This document shows, in pieces, positions 31,709-42,891 of a DNA stretch of 63,829 nt. The position numbers were made by a program, and so were the translations under genes. The notes beneath the pieces are model-generated. The model did not search any database, had not been told where the DNA came from, and saw only the letters and a program-made list of their open reading frames with translations. The DNA lies in contig MHDQ01000207.1 in NCBI GenBank assembly GCA_001803565.1, positions 1 through 63,829 on the forward strand. Direction: 5' to 3'. The DNA comes from Nitrospinae bacterium RIFCSPLOWO2_12_FULL_45_22 (GTDB taxonomy: Bacteria; 2-12-FULL-45-22). The number at the start of each line of letters is the position of its first letter. The stretch's first letter is position 1.

Positions 31709-33816
31709 AAATGACTCAGATAGCCCCATTAGATAAAATAAGAAATATAGGTATAATTGCCCATATAGATGCAGGTAAGACTACTACTACTGAAAGGATT
31801 TTGTACTATACCGGGAAGTCTTATAAAATGGGCGAAGTAGACGCAGGATCTGCGGTCATGGATTGGATGGAACAAGAGCAGGAACGAGGTATAACTATTA
31901 CTTCAGCCGCAACTACTTGTTTTTGGCTCGGTCATCGCATCAATATTATTGATACCCCCGGGCATGTGGATTTTACCGTGGAGGTTGAGCGGGCACTGCG
32001 GGTGCTTGATGGTGCTATAGGGATTTTTTGTGCGGTAGGGGGTGTGGAACCGCAGTCAGAAACTGTTTGGCGCCAGGCAGAAAAATACCATATCCCTAGG
32101 ATAGCTTATATAAATAAAATGGATCGGATGGGAGCAGATTTTTTTAGCTGTGTAAAAATGATAAAAGAGCGTCTGGGGGGCTACCCGGTACTGATGCAAC
32201 TCCCCTTGGGCAGTGAAAATAAATTCCAGGGCATAATAGATCTTTTAAAGTTAAAAGCCATTATATATGAAGAAGAAAGCCTGGGGGCAAAATTCTTTGA
32301 GCGAGATATTCCTAAGGAATTTTCCCCGGAGGTAGAGACATACCGGACGGCCCTACTAGAGGCTGTGGCCGAGCTAGATGATGAACTGATGGAGAAATAT
32401 TTGAGTGGCCAGGAGCTATCCGTAATCGAGCTAGAAAAGACTATCAGGCGGGGGACTATAAATAATAAAATACTCCCTGTTTTTTGTGGGGCCTCTTTTA
32501 GAAACAAGGGTGTTCAACCCCTCCTGGAGGCCATTGTTAAATACCTGCCTTCTCCCTTGGATATCCCTGCTATAACAGGAGTCAATCCCTATACCCAGGA
32601 ACAGGAAAAGCGGGAGGCTAATGCAGAGAGCCCTTTTTCTGCCCTGGCCTTTAAGATAATGAATGATCCTCATGTTGGACATCTCCATTTTATTAGGGTA
32701 TATTCTGGGACTTTATCTGCGGGTTCTAGTATATTTAACTCCAGCCGGGAGACAAAAGAAAGGGTGGGGCGACTCTTGAATATGCATGCCAACAAAAGGG
32801 AGGAAGCAACCGAGGTACGGGCCGGGGATATTGCGGCGGTAATTGGTTTAAAAAAAACCCTCACGGGCGATACCTTATGTGTTAAGGAGAACCAGATAAT
32901 ATTCGAGGCCATTAAATTTCCGGGCCCAGTAATCTCTGTGGCTATAGAGCCTAAGACCCAGAGCGATCAAGAAAAGCTCATCCTCGCATTGAATAAACTT
33001 TCTCAGGAAGATCCAACCTTTGTGGTAAAGGTTGATAAAGACTCGGGTCAGACCATTATCTCCGGTATGGGGGAGCTGCATTTGGAGGTTATAACCGAGA
33101 GAGTTTCTAGGGAATTTAATGTCATGGCTAATATATCTAATCCCCAGGTAGCTTATAAAGAAACTATCAGTCAACAAACCCGGGGAGAGGGGCGATTTAT
33201 TCGCCAGACTGGTGGTCGGGGGCAATTTGGCTGCGTTTCGCTGAAAATAGCTCCTTTGTGCCGGGGTGAAGGTTTTATTTTTGAGAATCAGATAGTAGGA
33301 GGCACCATTCCTAGGGAGTATATTCCTGCAGTGGAAAAAGGGGTTAGAGAAGCTATAGAAAGCGGGATTTTGGCCGGATATCCCCTGGTAGATCTTAAGG
33401 TTAGTTTGCTAGATGGCGCTTTTCACGAAGTAGATTCTTCGGAGCTAGCCTTTAAGATAGCTGCCTCTATGGCCTTGAAAGAGGCCGTGAAAAAGGCTAA
33501 CCCCTTATTATTAGAACCCATTATGCAAGTAGAGGCTGTGGTACCGGGGGAGTTTGTGGGTGAGGTAATGGCAGATTTTAGTAGCCGCCGGGGCAAGGTT
33601 ACTGGTATGGATTTCAGGGCAGGGGCGCGGGTGATAAATGCTGTTATCCCTTTAGCAGAAATGTTTGGTTATGCTACGAGCCTACGCTCTACTACGCAGG
33701 GAAGGGCCAATTTTTCTATGCAATTCTCCCACTATGGAGAAGTACCGATCCATATAGCTGAGCAGCTTATCCTGGGGACCAATGCCCTTTATAGGAAGAA
33801 AAAAACAGTGGCATAA
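31705..33816 (+). CDS. fusA: Translation elongation factor G
   Basis: [22 protein letters not shown] and DTPGHVDF. The start is GTG at 31705 (overlapping the rpsG stop) or ATG at 31711. Confidence 0.95.
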   Translation: MKMTQIAPLDKIRNIGIIAHIDAGKTTTTERILYYTGKSYKMGEVDAGSAVMDWMEQEQERGITITSAATTCFWLGHRINIIDTPGHVDFTVEVERALRVLDGAIGIFCAVGGVEPQSETVWRQAEKYHIPRIAYINKMDRMGADFFSCVKMIKERLGGYPVLMQLPLGSENKFQGIIDLLKLKAIIYEEESLGAKFFERDIPKEFSPEVETYRTALLEAVAELDDELMEKYLSGQELSVIELEKTIRRGTINNKILPVFCGASFRNKGVQPLLEAIVKYLPSPLDIPAITGVNPYTQEQEKREANAESPFSALAFKIMNDPHVGHLHFIRVYSGTLSAGSSIFNSSRETKERVGRLLNMHANKREEATEVRAGDIAAVIGLKKTLTGDTLCVKENQIIFEAIKFPGPVISVAIEPKTQSDQEKLILALNKLSQEDPTFVVKVDKDSGQTIISGMGELHLEVITERVSREFNVMANISNPQVAYKETISQQTRGEGRFIRQTGGRGQFGCVSLKIAPLCRGEGFIFENQIVGGTIPREYIPAVEKGVREAIESGILAGYPLVDLKVSLLDGAFHEVDSSELAFKIAASMALKEAVKKANPLLLEPIMQVEAVVPGEFVGEVMADFSSRRGKVTGMDFRAGARVINAVIPLAEMFGYATSLRSTTQGRANFSMQFSHYGEVPIHIAEQLILGTNALYRKKKTVA

Positions 33817-33910
33817 TTAGAGGGATACTTTGCCAGGTCAGGTATATTTTGTGTTTTTTAGGTTGCCTCTGGTAAAAAAAGTGAGGTTTTAAATAATGGG
33901 CAGAAAAAAA

Positions 33911-33921
33911 TGTGGTATAAT
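33911..33921 (+). promoter_or_regulatory. Candidate extended -10 internal promoter for tuf
   Basis: TGTGGTATAAT (TGn-TATAAT, with TATAAT at 33916-33921) in the 158-nt fusA-tuf spacer. No good -35 element. Confidence 0.35.
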
Positions 33922-33974
33922 TTATAGCTTTATACAAGATGAGCAAAATGTTTTAAAAGGAGGGAAAGATTACG

Positions 33975-35174
33975 ATGGCTAAAGAAAAATTTGCCAGGAC
34001 TAAGCCCCATGTAAATATTGGCACCATTGGTCATATTGACCATGGTAAAACTACCTTGACTTCTGCCATTACTAAACTCTTGGAAAAGAAGGGAACAGCC
34101 AAATATGTCCCCTTTGAAGAAATTGATAAGGCCCCCGAAGAGAAAGAAAGAGGCATCACCATTGCCTTAGCTCATATAGAATATCAGACCGCAAATAGGC
34201 ATTATGCCCATGTGGATTGCCCGGGTCACGCCGACTATATCAAGAACATGATTACGGGGGCAGCCCAGATGGATGGTGCTATTGTAGTAGTAGGAGCGGA
34301 TGATGGCCCAATGCCCCAGACCAGGGAGCATATACTCTTGGCCAGACAGGTGAATGTCCCTTACCTGGTAGTATTCCTCAATAAGGTGGATTTAGTGGAT
34401 GATAATGAGTTAATAGAGCTGGTAGAATTAGAAATGCGGGAGCTCTTGAATGACTATCAATTCCCAGGCGATGAGATCCCGATTATCCAGGGCTCTGCCC
34501 TATCAGCCCTTAATTGTGCCTGTGCAAAGGATGATTGTCCCAAGTGTAAACCAATATTTGATCTTATGGCCGCAATAGACAGCTATATACCTACCCCGGT
34601 GAGAGAGATTGATAAACCTTTCCTTATGCCGGTAGAGGATGTGTTTACTATTTCTGGCCGAGGTACAGTAGCTACTGGCAGGATAGAGCGTGGGATAGTA
34701 AAAGTAGGGGACGAGGTAGAAGTAGTAGGTTTTAAGGAGACGGAGAAGACCGTTGCTACCGGGGTAGAGATGTTCAGGAAGATACTGGATCAAGGACAAG
34801 CAGGGGATAATATTGGGGTTCTCCTGAGGGGAGTCAAACGGGAAGATATAGAACGTGGCCAGGTTCTCGCCAAACCCGGTAGTATAACCCCTCATACTAA
34901 ATTTAAAGCTGAGACTTATATCTTGGCAAAAGAGGAAGGGGGTAGACATACTCCATTCTTCTCTGGCTACCGGCCCCAATTCTATTTCCGGACGACCGAT
35001 GTTACTGGGGTAGTGCAACTACCTGAAGGGGTAGAAATGGTCATGCCCGGTGACAATGTCAATTTACGAATCGAACTAATAACCCCCATTGCCATGGAGA
35101 AAGAGTTACGCTTTGCTATCCGCGAGGGGGGCCGGACTGTAGGTGCTGGTGTTATCAGCGACATAATCGAATAA
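33975..35174 (+). CDS. tuf: Translation elongation factor Tu, with a Cys4 cluster replacing the usual acidic loop
   Basis: [19 protein letters not shown] and NKVD motifs. [11 protein letters not shown] at nt 34515-34547. Confidence 0.97.
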   Translation: MAKEKFARTKPHVNIGTIGHIDHGKTTLTSAITKLLEKKGTAKYVPFEEIDKAPEEKERGITIALAHIEYQTANRHYAHVDCPGHADYIKNMITGAAQMDGAIVVVGADDGPMPQTREHILLARQVNVPYLVVFLNKVDLVDDNELIELVELEMRELLNDYQFPGDEIPIIQGSALSALNCACAKDDCPKCKPIFDLMAAIDSYIPTPVREIDKPFLMPVEDVFTISGRGTVATGRIERGIVKVGDEVEVVGFKETEKTVATGVEMFRKILDQGQAGDNIGVLLRGVKREDIERGQVLAKPGSITPHTKFKAETYILAKEEGGRHTPFFSGYRPQFYFRTTDVTGVVQLPEGVEMVMPGDNVNLRIELITPIAMEKELRFAIREGGRTVGAGVISDIIE

Positions 35175-35188
35175 AAGATATTGGTGCT

Positions 35189-35500
35189 ATGATGGCTAAT
35201 CAGAAGATCCGGATTCGCTTAAATGCCTTTGACCATAGGGTTCTAGATCAGTCCGTGGGCGAGATAGTAGGTACTGCTAAAAGGACGGGCGCTAGGGTAG
35301 TGGGGCCTATACCACTGCCCATAACCAAGAATAGGTTTACAGTGCTGAGATCACCCCATGTTGATAAGAAGTCCCGAGAACAATTTGAAATCAGAACCCA
35401 TAAGCGTTTGCTTGATATCCTGGACCCTACCCCTGAGACTATTGATGAACTGATGAAGCTTGACCTATCGGCTGGCGTAGATATCGAAATCAAGCTTTAA
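35189..35500 (+). CDS. rpsJ: 30S ribosomal protein S10
   Basis: [17 protein letters not shown] signature. The start is ATG at 35189 or 35192. Confidence 0.97.
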   Translation: MMANQKIRIRLNAFDHRVLDQSVGEIVGTAKRTGARVVGPIPLPITKNRFTVLRSPHVDKKSREQFEIRTHKRLLDILDPTPETIDELMKLDLSAGVDIEIKL

Positions 35501-35516
35501 TTCATTGGAGCTAGGC

Positions 35517-36185
35517 ATGATAAAGGGCCTGTTAGGAAAGAAGCTGGGTATGACCCAGTGGTTTACCAAAAATGGCGAGGTATTGCCTGTTACCATAGTA
35601 GAGGTTGGTCCTTGCTGGGTGATACAAAAAAAGACACCGGAAAAGGATGGCTACGAAGCGGCCCAAATAGGCTATCTGCCTCGAAAAGCTAAAAGAACCA
35701 CCAAACCCTTGCAGGGGCAGCTCAAAAAGGCTGGAGTAAAACCAGTGAGATTTCTTAGGGAAGTACCATCTGAAAACTTCCAGGAGTTGGCATTGGGGCA
35801 AAACATAGGAGTGGAGATATTTAGTCAAGGCGCGATGGTGGATGTAACGGGTACCTCTAAAGGGAGGGGGTTTGCCGGGGTTATGAAGCGACATGGCTTT
35901 GCTGGGGCTCCCGGTGGCCATGGTACTCATGAGTCCTTTAGGGGCCCAGGCTCTATCGGTTCTGCCGCCTATCCGGGGCGGGTGTTTAAAGGGAAAAAAT
36001 TACCGGGTAGGATGGGGGGATCTCGGGTAACCGTGCAGAACCTGGAGATTATTAAGGTTATAAAAGAGCACAATACCTTAGTGTTAAAAGGAGCAGTGCC
36101 AGGGCCGAATGGTGGGTTACTTTTAATTAGAAAGAGCAAAAAAGTGGAGGCCCGGGAAAGGGCTAGGCAAGCCAACGAGGGATAA
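35517..36185 (+). CDS. rplC: 50S ribosomal protein L3
   Basis: MIKGLLGKKLGMTQ N-terminus. GGAG RBS before ATG at 35517 (track start 35505 is TTG). Confidence 0.95.
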   Translation: MIKGLLGKKLGMTQWFTKNGEVLPVTIVEVGPCWVIQKKTPEKDGYEAAQIGYLPRKAKRTTKPLQGQLKKAGVKPVRFLREVPSENFQELALGQNIGVEIFSQGAMVDVTGTSKGRGFAGVMKRHGFAGAPGGHGTHESFRGPGSIGSAAYPGRVFKGKKLPGRMGGSRVTVQNLEIIKVIKEHNTLVLKGAVPGPNGGLLLIRKSKKVEARERARQANEG

Positions 36186-36187
36186 TT

Positions 36188-36817
36188 GTGCCAGTAATTG
36201 ATTTAATAAATATTAAACGAGAAAAGGTTGGGGAGCTAGAACTCAAACCCGATATATTTGGGGTAGAGGTAAAAAAACACCTTTTGCATGAAGCCGTAGT
36301 TATGCAACTGGCTAATCGGCGGAGAGGTACAGCGTCTACTAAGACCATCGCGGATGTTAGTGGGAGTACTGCTAAACCCTGGCGGCAGAAAGGCACAGGC
36401 CGGGCGCGGGCTGGGCATAAAAGGTCTCCCTTGTGGCGAGGGGGGGGTATAGTTTTTGGGCCAAAACCTAGAGATTATTCCTACCAAATACCCAAAAAGG
36501 TCAGACAGGTCGCTATTAGGTCTGCTTTAAGCCTAAAAATCCAACAGAACAAATTCTTGGTTCTGGATAAAATGATAGAGTTAGCTCAGCCAAAGACTAA
36601 AGAAATTGTCTCATTACTAAGCAATCTGGGTAGTCCAAAGAGGGCATTATTTTTGCTGCTGGAGATAGACAAGAATTTTCTCCTCTCTGCTAGAAACATC
36701 CCTGGAGTGAAAGTCGCCCAGGCAAGGGCGGTAAATGTTTACGACCTCCTTTACTACGACACCGTTATTGCTACTAGAGATGCTATTAATAAAATTGAGG
36801 AAACTTTTAAGCCGTGA
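36188..36817 (+). CDS. rplD: 50S ribosomal protein L4
   Basis: GTG start. KPWRQKGTGRARAG motif. Confidence 0.95.
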   Translation: MPVIDLINIKREKVGELELKPDIFGVEVKKHLLHEAVVMQLANRRRGTASTKTIADVSGSTAKPWRQKGTGRARAGHKRSPLWRGGGIVFGPKPRDYSYQIPKKVRQVAIRSALSLKIQQNKFLVLDKMIELAQPKTKEIVSLLSNLGSPKRALFLLLEIDKNFLLSARNIPGVKVAQARAVNVYDLLYYDTVIATRDAINKIEETFKP

Positions 36818-37104
36818 AAGACCCTTACTCGATTATAAAAAAACCAATAATTACTGAGAAGAGCACTTTGTTGAAAGAAGCCCAGAATAAAGTACTCTTT
36901 CAGGTAGCTACCCACGCTAATAAGAAAGAGATCAAACAGGCCATAGAGAAGCTTTTTGGCGTTACGGTTTTGGGGGTAAATACCTTAAAGGTTCGGGGGA
37001 AGGTGAAAGGGCTTCGGATGCGAAAGGGGAAAAGGCCGGATTGGAAAAAGGCCTTTGTGACTTTAAAAGAAGGGGACAAGATAGAATTTTTTGAAGGGGT
37101 ATAG
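36814..37104 (+). CDS. rplW: 50S ribosomal protein L23
   Basis: 96 aa. IIKKPIITEKS N-terminus and S10-operon position. Confidence 0.95.
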   Translation: MKDPYSIIKKPIITEKSTLLKEAQNKVLFQVATHANKKEIKQAIEKLFGVTVLGVNTLKVRGKVKGLRMRKGKRPDWKKAFVTLKEGDKIEFFEGV

Positions 37105-37107
37105 CTT

Positions 37108-37932
37108 GTGGGGATTAAAAGTTATAGGCCTACCACACCTGTGCGGCGTTTTCAGACCGCTTCTACCTTTGAAGAAATAACCAGGGATTATCCAGAACGG
37201 TCTCTGGTAAAGCCGCTGAAAAAGACCGGTGGAAGGAATAATTGGGGAAGAATTACCAGCCGCCACCGCGGTGGTGGGCATAAGAGAAAGTACCGAATTA
37301 TTGATTTTAAACGAGATAAATGGGATATTCCGGCCAAGGTAGCTTCTATAGAATATGACCCTAATCGCTCGGCCTATATTGCCTTATTGCATTATATTGA
37401 TGGAGAAAAGAGGTACATTATTGCCCCGCTTGGGCTCCAGGTAGGCGAGCGAGTGATGGCAGGTACTGGGGTTGATATTAAGCCCGGCAATGCCCTACCT
37501 TTAAAGAATATACCTCTAGGCACCGTTATTCATAATATCGAAATGAAAAGAGCTAAGGGAGGGCAATTGGTGAGAAGCGCTGGAGCACTGGCCCGACTCA
37601 TGGCTAAGGAGAATGGATATGCCCAGATAAAATTGGCCTCGAGTGAAGTAAGGATGATACCCCTGGATTGTATGGCTACTATTGGCCAGGTAAGCAATAT
37701 AGATCATGAAAATATCAGTATTGGCAAGGCAGGCCGATCCCGCTGGTTAGGGCAGCGTCCCCGAGTTAGAGGCGTGGCAATGAACCCCATAGACCATCCC
37801 CATGGTGGGGGGGAAGGGAAGACCTCCGGTGGTCGGCACCCTTGTACCCCTTGGGGTAAACCTACTAAGGGGTATAAAACCAGAAAGAAAAGGGCTTATT
37901 CTAACAAATATATCCTGAAAGGGAGAAAGTAG
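37108..37932 (+). CDS. rplB: 50S ribosomal protein L2
   Basis: GTG start. [19 protein letters not shown] and DHPHGGGEG. Confidence 0.97.
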   Translation: MGIKSYRPTTPVRRFQTASTFEEITRDYPERSLVKPLKKTGGRNNWGRITSRHRGGGHKRKYRIIDFKRDKWDIPAKVASIEYDPNRSAYIALLHYIDGEKRYIIAPLGLQVGERVMAGTGVDIKPGNALPLKNIPLGTVIHNIEMKRAKGGQLVRSAGALARLMAKENGYAQIKLASSEVRMIPLDCMATIGQVSNIDHENISIGKAGRSRWLGQRPRVRGVAMNPIDHPHGGGEGKTSGGRHPCTPWGKPTKGYKTRKKRAYSNKYILKGRK

Positions 37933-37941
37933 CTAAGTTCT

Positions 37942-38226
37942 ATGGGACGCTCGGTTAATAAAGGGCCTTATATAGATCATGGGCTTTTAAAAAAAGTGGA
38001 AGAGATGAGTAGTAGGGGCGAGAAAAGAGTCCTTAAGACTTGGTCCCGGCGCTCTACTATTACCCCCCTTCTGATAGGTCATACCCTGGCTGTGCATAAC
38101 GGCAAGAAATTTATACCGGTATATGTAACCGAGAACATGGTAGGGCATAAGCTAGGGGAGTTTGCTCCGACCAGGATTTTTAAAACCCACAGTGGCCATA
38201 CTAAACGAGTAACTTCATTGAAATAA
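37942..38226 (+). CDS. rpsS: 30S ribosomal protein S19
   Basis: [11 protein letters not shown] and [23 protein letters not shown]. Confidence 0.97.
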   Translation: MGRSVNKGPYIDHGLLKKVEEMSSRGEKRVLKTWSRRSTITPLLIGHTLAVHNGKKFIPVYVTENMVGHKLGEFAPTRIFKTHSGHTKRVTSLK

Positions 38227-38320
38227 TTGGGTTATTAGGTTACTAGGTCATTGGCTTAAAGGGATAGTTATGACTGAGTAATATTCTAATGACTTAATAA
38301 CCTAATGACCCAATAACCTA
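38227..38320. repeat. STRR-like octamer inverted repeat filling the rpsS|rplV junction
   Basis: Left arm TGGGTTAT TAGGTTAC TAGGTCAT TGG. Right arm CTAATGAC TTAATAAC CTAATGAC CCAATAAC C is its approximate reverse complement. The same 8-mer array recurs at 59946-59996. Confidence 0.8.
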
Positions 38321-38322
38321 CA

Positions 38323-38670
38323 ATGGGAAGCATTATGCAGGTAAAAGCTAAAGCGAGATTTATTCATACCTCACCCCGAAAGGCCCGGCAAGTATTGGAT
38401 TTAATACGGGGAAAAAAGGTGGAGGCTGCCTTTAGTATCCTCTCTCTTACCCATAAGTCCGCAGCCAGGAAAGTGGAAAAGTTACTCAAGTCGGCTTTAT
38501 CTAATGCAGAAAACGTTCATCATATAAGGGGGATAGACTCTTTAACTATATCTTTAGCGAAAGCAGACCAAGGGCCTACCCTTAAGCGATTTATGCCCAG
38601 AGCCAGAGGAAGGGCTACACCTATCCGGAAAAGAACCAGTCATATAACCCTTATTTTACAAGGAGAGTAG
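38323..38670 (+). CDS. rplV: 50S ribosomal protein L22
   Basis: [23 protein letters not shown]. The start is ATG at 38323 or 38335. Confidence 0.95.
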   Translation: MGSIMQVKAKARFIHTSPRKARQVLDLIRGKKVEAAFSILSLTHKSAARKVEKLLKSALSNAENVHHIRGIDSLTISLAKADQGPTLKRFMPRARGRATPIRKRTSHITLILQGE

Positions 38671-38678
38671 GAAGATTT

Positions 38679-39344
38679 ATGGGGCAAAAGGTCCACCCTA
38701 TCGGATTTCGACTCGGGATAAACAAAACCTGGTCCTCCAACTGGTATGCCAAAAAGAATTATGCGGAACTATTGCACGAAGATATCAAGTTGCGAAATTA
38801 TATCAAAAAAGAACTTTCCCATGCTGGCATATCCAAAATAGAGATAGAAAGGCCAGGGAACCGTTTAAAAATAAATATCTACACTGCCCGGCCTGGAATC
38901 ATTATTGGGAGAAGAGGCGTTGAGATAGATAAATTGAAGGAAGAACTACAGAGTATGGCCAATAATAACAGGCAGGTCTTTATAAATATCAAAGAAATTC
39001 GGAGGCCCGAGATAGATGCCCAGTTGGTCGCAGAAAATATAGCTTTACAGTTAGAGCGCCGGGTCTCTTTCCGACGGGCAATGAAGAAGAGTGTGACATC
39101 AGCGTTACGCTTTGGTGCTAAAGGAGTGAAGGTCTATTGTGCCGGTCGCTTAGCTGGTGCAGAGATGGCTAGAACCGAGTGGTACCGGGAAGGTCAGGTG
39201 CCTCTTCATACCATCAGGGCAGATGTGGATTATGGTTTTGCCGAGGCAAATACTACTTATGGGATGATCGGGGTAAAAGTGTGGATTTATAAAGGGGACA
39301 TCCTTACCAAAGGAGAGCGTGAGGCTACTCAGTTACTAGGATAG
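38679..39344 (+). CDS. rpsC: 30S ribosomal protein S3
   Basis: [14 protein letters not shown]-terminus and KH domain. Confidence 0.97.
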   Translation: MGQKVHPIGFRLGINKTWSSNWYAKKNYAELLHEDIKLRNYIKKELSHAGISKIEIERPGNRLKINIYTARPGIIIGRRGVEIDKLKEELQSMANNNRQVFINIKEIRRPEIDAQLVAENIALQLERRVSFRRAMKKSVTSALRFGAKGVKVYCAGRLAGAEMARTEWYREGQVPLHTIRADVDYGFAEANTTYGMIGVKVWIYKGDILTKGEREATQLLG

Positions 39345-39357
39345 AGTAAAGTATATT

Positions 39358-39768
39358 ATGTTATCGCCCAGGAAAGTTAAACATAGGAAACAGCAAAAAG
39401 GTCGTCGAAGAGGAATAGCATTTCGAGGCTCTGAGCTAGCCTTCGGCGACTTTGGGTTACAGGCGTTAGAGGCTTGTTGGTTAACAGACAGACAGATAGA
39501 AGCCGCACGGGTAGCTATGACCAGACATGCGAAGAGGGGAGGGAAAATCTGGGTAAAGGTCTTCCCTGACAAACCGATTACAAAGAAACCGGCAGAGACC
39601 CGTATGGGCAAAGGGAAAGGCTCCCCAGAGTCCTGGGTAGCTGTAGTTAAACCCGGGAGAATATTATATGAGATGGAAGGGATCCCGGAACCTGTCGCTC
39701 GTGAAGCCATGAGATTGGCAGCCCGGAAGCTGCCGATTGCTACCAGAATTGTTACCAAGACCTCATGA
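39358..39768 (+). CDS. rplP: 50S ribosomal protein L16
   Basis: [16 protein letters not shown] and [10 protein letters not shown]. Confidence 0.97.
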   Translation: MLSPRKVKHRKQQKGRRRGIAFRGSELAFGDFGLQALEACWLTDRQIEAARVAMTRHAKRGGKIWVKVFPDKPITKKPAETRMGKGKGSPESWVAVVKPGRILYEMEGIPEPVAREAMRLAARKLPIATRIVTKTS

Positions 39769-39797
39769 CCCGGCCAGGGGAAGAGGGAGATTAAATT

Positions 39798-39986
39798 ATG
39801 AAAACCGGAGAGTTGAGAGACCTTTCTGTTGAAGAGTTAAAAGATAAGGTGGAGGAGTTGAGAGGAGAGTTATTTAATCTTAAATTTCAACTGGCTACCG
39901 GTCAGATAGAAAACCCTATAAGGGTAAGGTTGGTGCGCAGAGATATTGCTAGGGTATTAACCTTTTTACGCGAAAAAACACCCTGA
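39798..39986 (+). CDS. rpmC: 50S ribosomal protein L29
   Basis: 62 aa. ELRDLSVEELKDKVEELRGELFNLKFQ. Confidence 0.95.
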   Translation: MKTGELRDLSVEELKDKVEELRGELFNLKFQLATGQIENPIRVRLVRRDIARVLTFLREKTP

Positions 39987-39998
39987 GGAGATAAATAA

Positions 39999-40256
39999 GT
40001 GCAGGTTAGTGGGAAAAAGAAGGTCAGGATAGGAAAGATAGTTAATAACAAGATGCAAAAAACCGTGGTAGTGAATGTAGAACGCCGTACCCCTCACCCC
40101 CTCTATCAGCGAGTAGTTAAGCAAACTAAGAAATACTTAGCCCATGATGAAAGAGAGGAGTGTGGGGTAGGAGATAAAGTGAAGATTATTGAGACTAGAC
40201 CCCTAAGTAAACGAAAAAGATGGCGGGTACTTGAGATAATAGAGAAAGCTCAATAA
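39999..40256 (+). CDS. rpsQ: 30S ribosomal protein S17
   Basis: [14 protein letters not shown]...HDE...GD.V.I.E.RPLSK.K.W. Confidence 0.95.
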   Translation: MQVSGKKKVRIGKIVNNKMQKTVVVNVERRTPHPLYQRVVKQTKKYLAHDEREECGVGDKVKIIETRPLSKRKRWRVLEIIEKAQ

Positions 40257-40275
40257 GGCTTTAGGGAGTAGAAAT

Positions 40276-40644
40276 ATGATACAACCTCGAACTATACTTC
40301 AGATTGCAGATAACTCTGGCGCTAAAAAGGCTATGTGTATAAAGGTATTAAGCGGAAGCTATAAACGGTATGGGACGGTGGGAGACATAATCAGCGTCAG
40401 CATCAAAGAGGCATTACCAGTAGGGTCTGTGAAGAAGGGGGAAGTACGGCGGGCGGTGATAGTACGGACAAAAAAGGAAGTCAGGCGAGAAGATGGCTCC
40501 TATATCAGGTTTGATGATAATGCTGCAGTATTAATAAATGAGCAGAAGGAGCCCATTGGGACTAGGATTTTTGGTCCAGTAGCCCGTGAACTCCGGCGGA
40601 AGAAATTTATGAAGATTGTTTCTTTATCTCCTGAGGTATTGTGA
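40276..40644 (+). CDS. rplN: 50S ribosomal protein L14
   Basis: [18 protein letters not shown]-terminus. Confidence 0.97.
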   Translation: MIQPRTILQIADNSGAKKAMCIKVLSGSYKRYGTVGDIISVSIKEALPVGSVKKGEVRRAVIVRTKKEVRREDGSYIRFDDNAAVLINEQKEPIGTRIFGPVARELRRKKFMKIVSLSPEVL

Positions 40645-40663
40645 AGAGATGGGTGGGGTAAAA

Positions 40664-40981
40664 TTGAAGATAAAGAAGGATGACTTTGTAGGCATTATTA
40701 GCGGGAAGGATCGAGGGAAGAGGGGTAAAGTGCTCAAAGTATTTCCCGCCGAACAACGGGTTATAGTAGAAAAGGTAAATATGGTTAAGCGACATACCAA
40801 GCCTAGAAAAGTAGGTGAGCCTAGCGGTATTATTGAAAGAGAGGGCAAGATTCATGTCTCGAATACAATGCTTATCTGTACCCGCTGCGATAAACCAGTA
40901 AGGATTGGTATTCAAAAGTTGCCCGAGGGGGATAAGGTGAGGACTTGTAAAGGGTGTGGAGAATCCATAGATAGGGTTTAA
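40664..40981 (+). CDS. rplX: 50S ribosomal protein L24 (with C-terminal CxxC...CxxC zinc-ribbon variant)
   Basis: [25 protein letters not shown] motif. TTG at 40664 after GGTGGGG gives the canonical N-terminus; alternatives are ATG at 40649 and the track start at 40616. CTRC...CKGC near the C-terminus. Confidence 0.9.
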   Translation: MKIKKDDFVGIISGKDRGKRGKVLKVFPAEQRVIVEKVNMVKRHTKPRKVGEPSGIIEREGKIHVSNTMLICTRCDKPVRIGIQKLPEGDKVRTCKGCGESIDRV

Positions 40982-40986
40982 AATTT

Positions 40987-41062
40987 AGTGTAAAGCTTAA
41001 AGCGCAAAATGCGAAACTAAGGAATAAGTTCCCTTAGCTTTAAGCCTTACACTTTACGCTCT
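40987..41062 (+). repeat. Family-1 palindromic intergenic element, copy D (rplX|rplE junction)
   Basis: AGTGTAAAGCTTAAAGCGCAAAATGCGAAACTAAGGAATAAGTTCCCTTAGCTTTAAGCCTTACACTTTACGCTC. Confidence 0.85.
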
Positions 41063-41091
41063 AGGCTTTGTCCCAGGGGGAAGGTTTTGAG

Positions 41092-41631
41092 ATGTCCCGA
41101 TTAAAAGATAGATATGAAAAAGAGGTTATTCCAGCCTTAATAAAGAGATTTGCTTATAAGAACAAGATGGAAGTCCCTAAATTAGAAAAGATTGTGATAA
41201 ATATGGGCTTGGGTGAGGCTACTCATAACCCCAAGATAATTGATTCTGCCTTGAATGAGTTGGGCAGGATTGCTGGGCAAAGACCGGTTATTACCAGGGC
41301 AAAAAAATCTATCTCAAATTTTAAGTTGCGGGCTGGAATGCCTATAGGCTGTGCGGTAACTATTAGGCAATACAGGATGTATGAGTTTTTTGAGCGGTTG
41401 GTAAGCGTTGCTTTACCCAGGGTAAGAGACTTCAAAGGAGTATCTGGCAAGGCTTTTGATGGCCGGGGCAACTATTCCCTCGGTATTACGGAACAGATAG
41501 TATTCCCAGAGATTGATTATGAGAAGATAGATAAGATCAAAGGAATGGGTATAGTTGTGTGTACCACCGCTAAAACTGACGAAGAAGGGAAGGAACTTTT
41601 AAGGCTCTTGGGTATACCTTTCAGGAATTAA
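41092..41631 (+). CDS. rplE: 50S ribosomal protein L5
   Basis: [13 protein letters not shown]-terminus. ATG at 41092 after GGGGGAAGG; the track start at 41068 (TTG) is an extension. Confidence 0.95.
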   Translation: MSRLKDRYEKEVIPALIKRFAYKNKMEVPKLEKIVINMGLGEATHNPKIIDSALNELGRIAGQRPVITRAKKSISNFKLRAGMPIGCAVTIRQYRMYEFFERLVSVALPRVRDFKGVSGKAFDGRGNYSLGITEQIVFPEIDYEKIDKIKGMGIVVCTTAKTDEEGKELLRLLGIPFRN

Positions 41632-41633
41632 TT

Positions 41634-41707
41634 AAATTGCATAGGAATTTTCATTTTAATAATGCGGTTTTGTGGTAGTCGCAGGCTTTAGCCTGCGTTA
41701 ATTTAAA
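41634..41707. repeat. Family-2 dispersed repeat (about 72 bp), copy 2, inverted relative to copy 1
   Basis: AAATTGCATAGGAATTTTCATTTTAATAATGCGGTTTTGTGGTAGTCGCAGGCTTTAGCCTGCGTTAATTTAAAG. Contains a GCAGGC-TTTA-GCCTGC hairpin and fills the rplE|rpsN junction. Confidence 0.85.
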
Positions 41708-41724
41708 GAATAAGCGAGGATAGG

Positions 41725-41910
41725 TTGGCTAAAAAGTCTTTAGTAGCTAAGGCCAGGAGAAAACCCAAATTCAAGGTACGGGCTTATAATCGCTGCCGGT
41801 TATGTGGCCGGCCAAGGGGATATTTACGGAAATTTGAGTTATGTCGTATATGTTTCCGTACCCTTGCGTTGCGCGGTGAAATACCTGGGGTGATAAAGGC
41901 TAGTTGGTAA
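41725..41910 (+). CDS. rpsN: 30S ribosomal protein S14, type Z (zinc-binding)
   Basis: 61 aa. TTG start. [20 protein letters not shown]. Confidence 0.95.
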   Translation: MAKKSLVAKARRKPKFKVRAYNRCRLCGRPRGYLRKFELCRICFRTLALRGEIPGVIKASW

Positions 41911-41928
41911 AGGAGGGGCTCAGAGGAT

Positions 41929-42324
41929 ATGATGACTGATCCAATAGCCGATATGCTTACCCGGCTGAGGAATGCCCTTAGGGCTAAGCATGAAGAAGTC
42001 GAAATTCCCTCTTCCAAGATGAAGACAGAAATAGCGGCCATCTTGAAAGAAGAGGGTTATATTAAAAACTATCATTTAATAGAGGACAAGAAGCAGGGGA
42101 TTTTAAAGGTTTCTCTCAAGTACGAAGAAAAGGGTGGAAGTGTAATCCAGGGGCTGAGGCGCATAAGCAAACCCGGCCGTCGGATCTATGTCAGGGCAAA
42201 AAATATCCCTAAGGTAGTTAATGGCTTGGGGATCGTTATCCTTACTACTCCAAAAGGCATATTGACAGACCGGGCTTGCCGAGAGTTAGGAGTGGGGGGA
42301 GAGGTATTATGTTACATCTGGTAG
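41929..42324 (+). CDS. rpsH: 30S ribosomal protein S8
   Basis: [16 protein letters not shown]-terminus. Confidence 0.97.
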   Translation: MMTDPIADMLTRLRNALRAKHEEVEIPSSKMKTEIAAILKEEGYIKNYHLIEDKKQGILKVSLKYEEKGGSVIQGLRRISKPGRRIYVRAKNIPKVVNGLGIVILTTPKGILTDRACRELGVGGEVLCYIW

Positions 42325-42345
42325 CTGGATTTGGGAGGATAGGGT

Positions 42346-42882
42346 ATGTCTAGGATAGGCCGAAAAGCTATAGATATACCGCCGGGTGTTACCGTAGAAC
42401 TTAATAATGGACTCGTGCAAGTAAAGGGACCGAAAGGGATTCTCTCTCAACCGCTCAATCCCCGTTTATCCCTGAGGATTGATAATCAAAAGATTATAAT
42501 AGAGAGAAATTCGGCTGATAAAAAGGTTAAAGCCCTCCATGGGTTAACCAGGACCCTTATTAATAATATGATTATTGGCGTTACTCAAGGTTTTCAAAAG
42601 AGCTTAGATATTGTAGGGGTTGGTTATCGAGCGGCTTTACAAGGGAAAACTTTGACTTTACAAATCGGTTATTCTCATCCTATCAACTACAAAGCCCCTG
42701 AAGGCATAGATTTTCAGATTAGTCAAAAAAATATAATAGCAGTCAGTGGGATTGATAAGCAATTGGTAGGGCAGGTAGCGGCTCAAATAAGGGCTTTTAG
42801 AAAACCGGACCCATATAAAGGAAAAGGTATCAAATATCTCGGTGAACAAATTAGACGCAAGGCTGGTAAAACAAAAGCTTAA
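42346..42882 (+). CDS. rplF: 50S ribosomal protein L6
   Basis: MSRIGRKAIDIPPGV N-terminus. Confidence 0.97.
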   Translation: MSRIGRKAIDIPPGVTVELNNGLVQVKGPKGILSQPLNPRLSLRIDNQKIIIERNSADKKVKALHGLTRTLINNMIIGVTQGFQKSLDIVGVGYRAALQGKTLTLQIGYSHPINYKAPEGIDFQISQKNIIAVSGIDKQLVGQVAAQIRAFRKPDPYKGKGIKYLGEQIRRKAGKTKA

Positions 42883-42891
42883 TGAATAATC

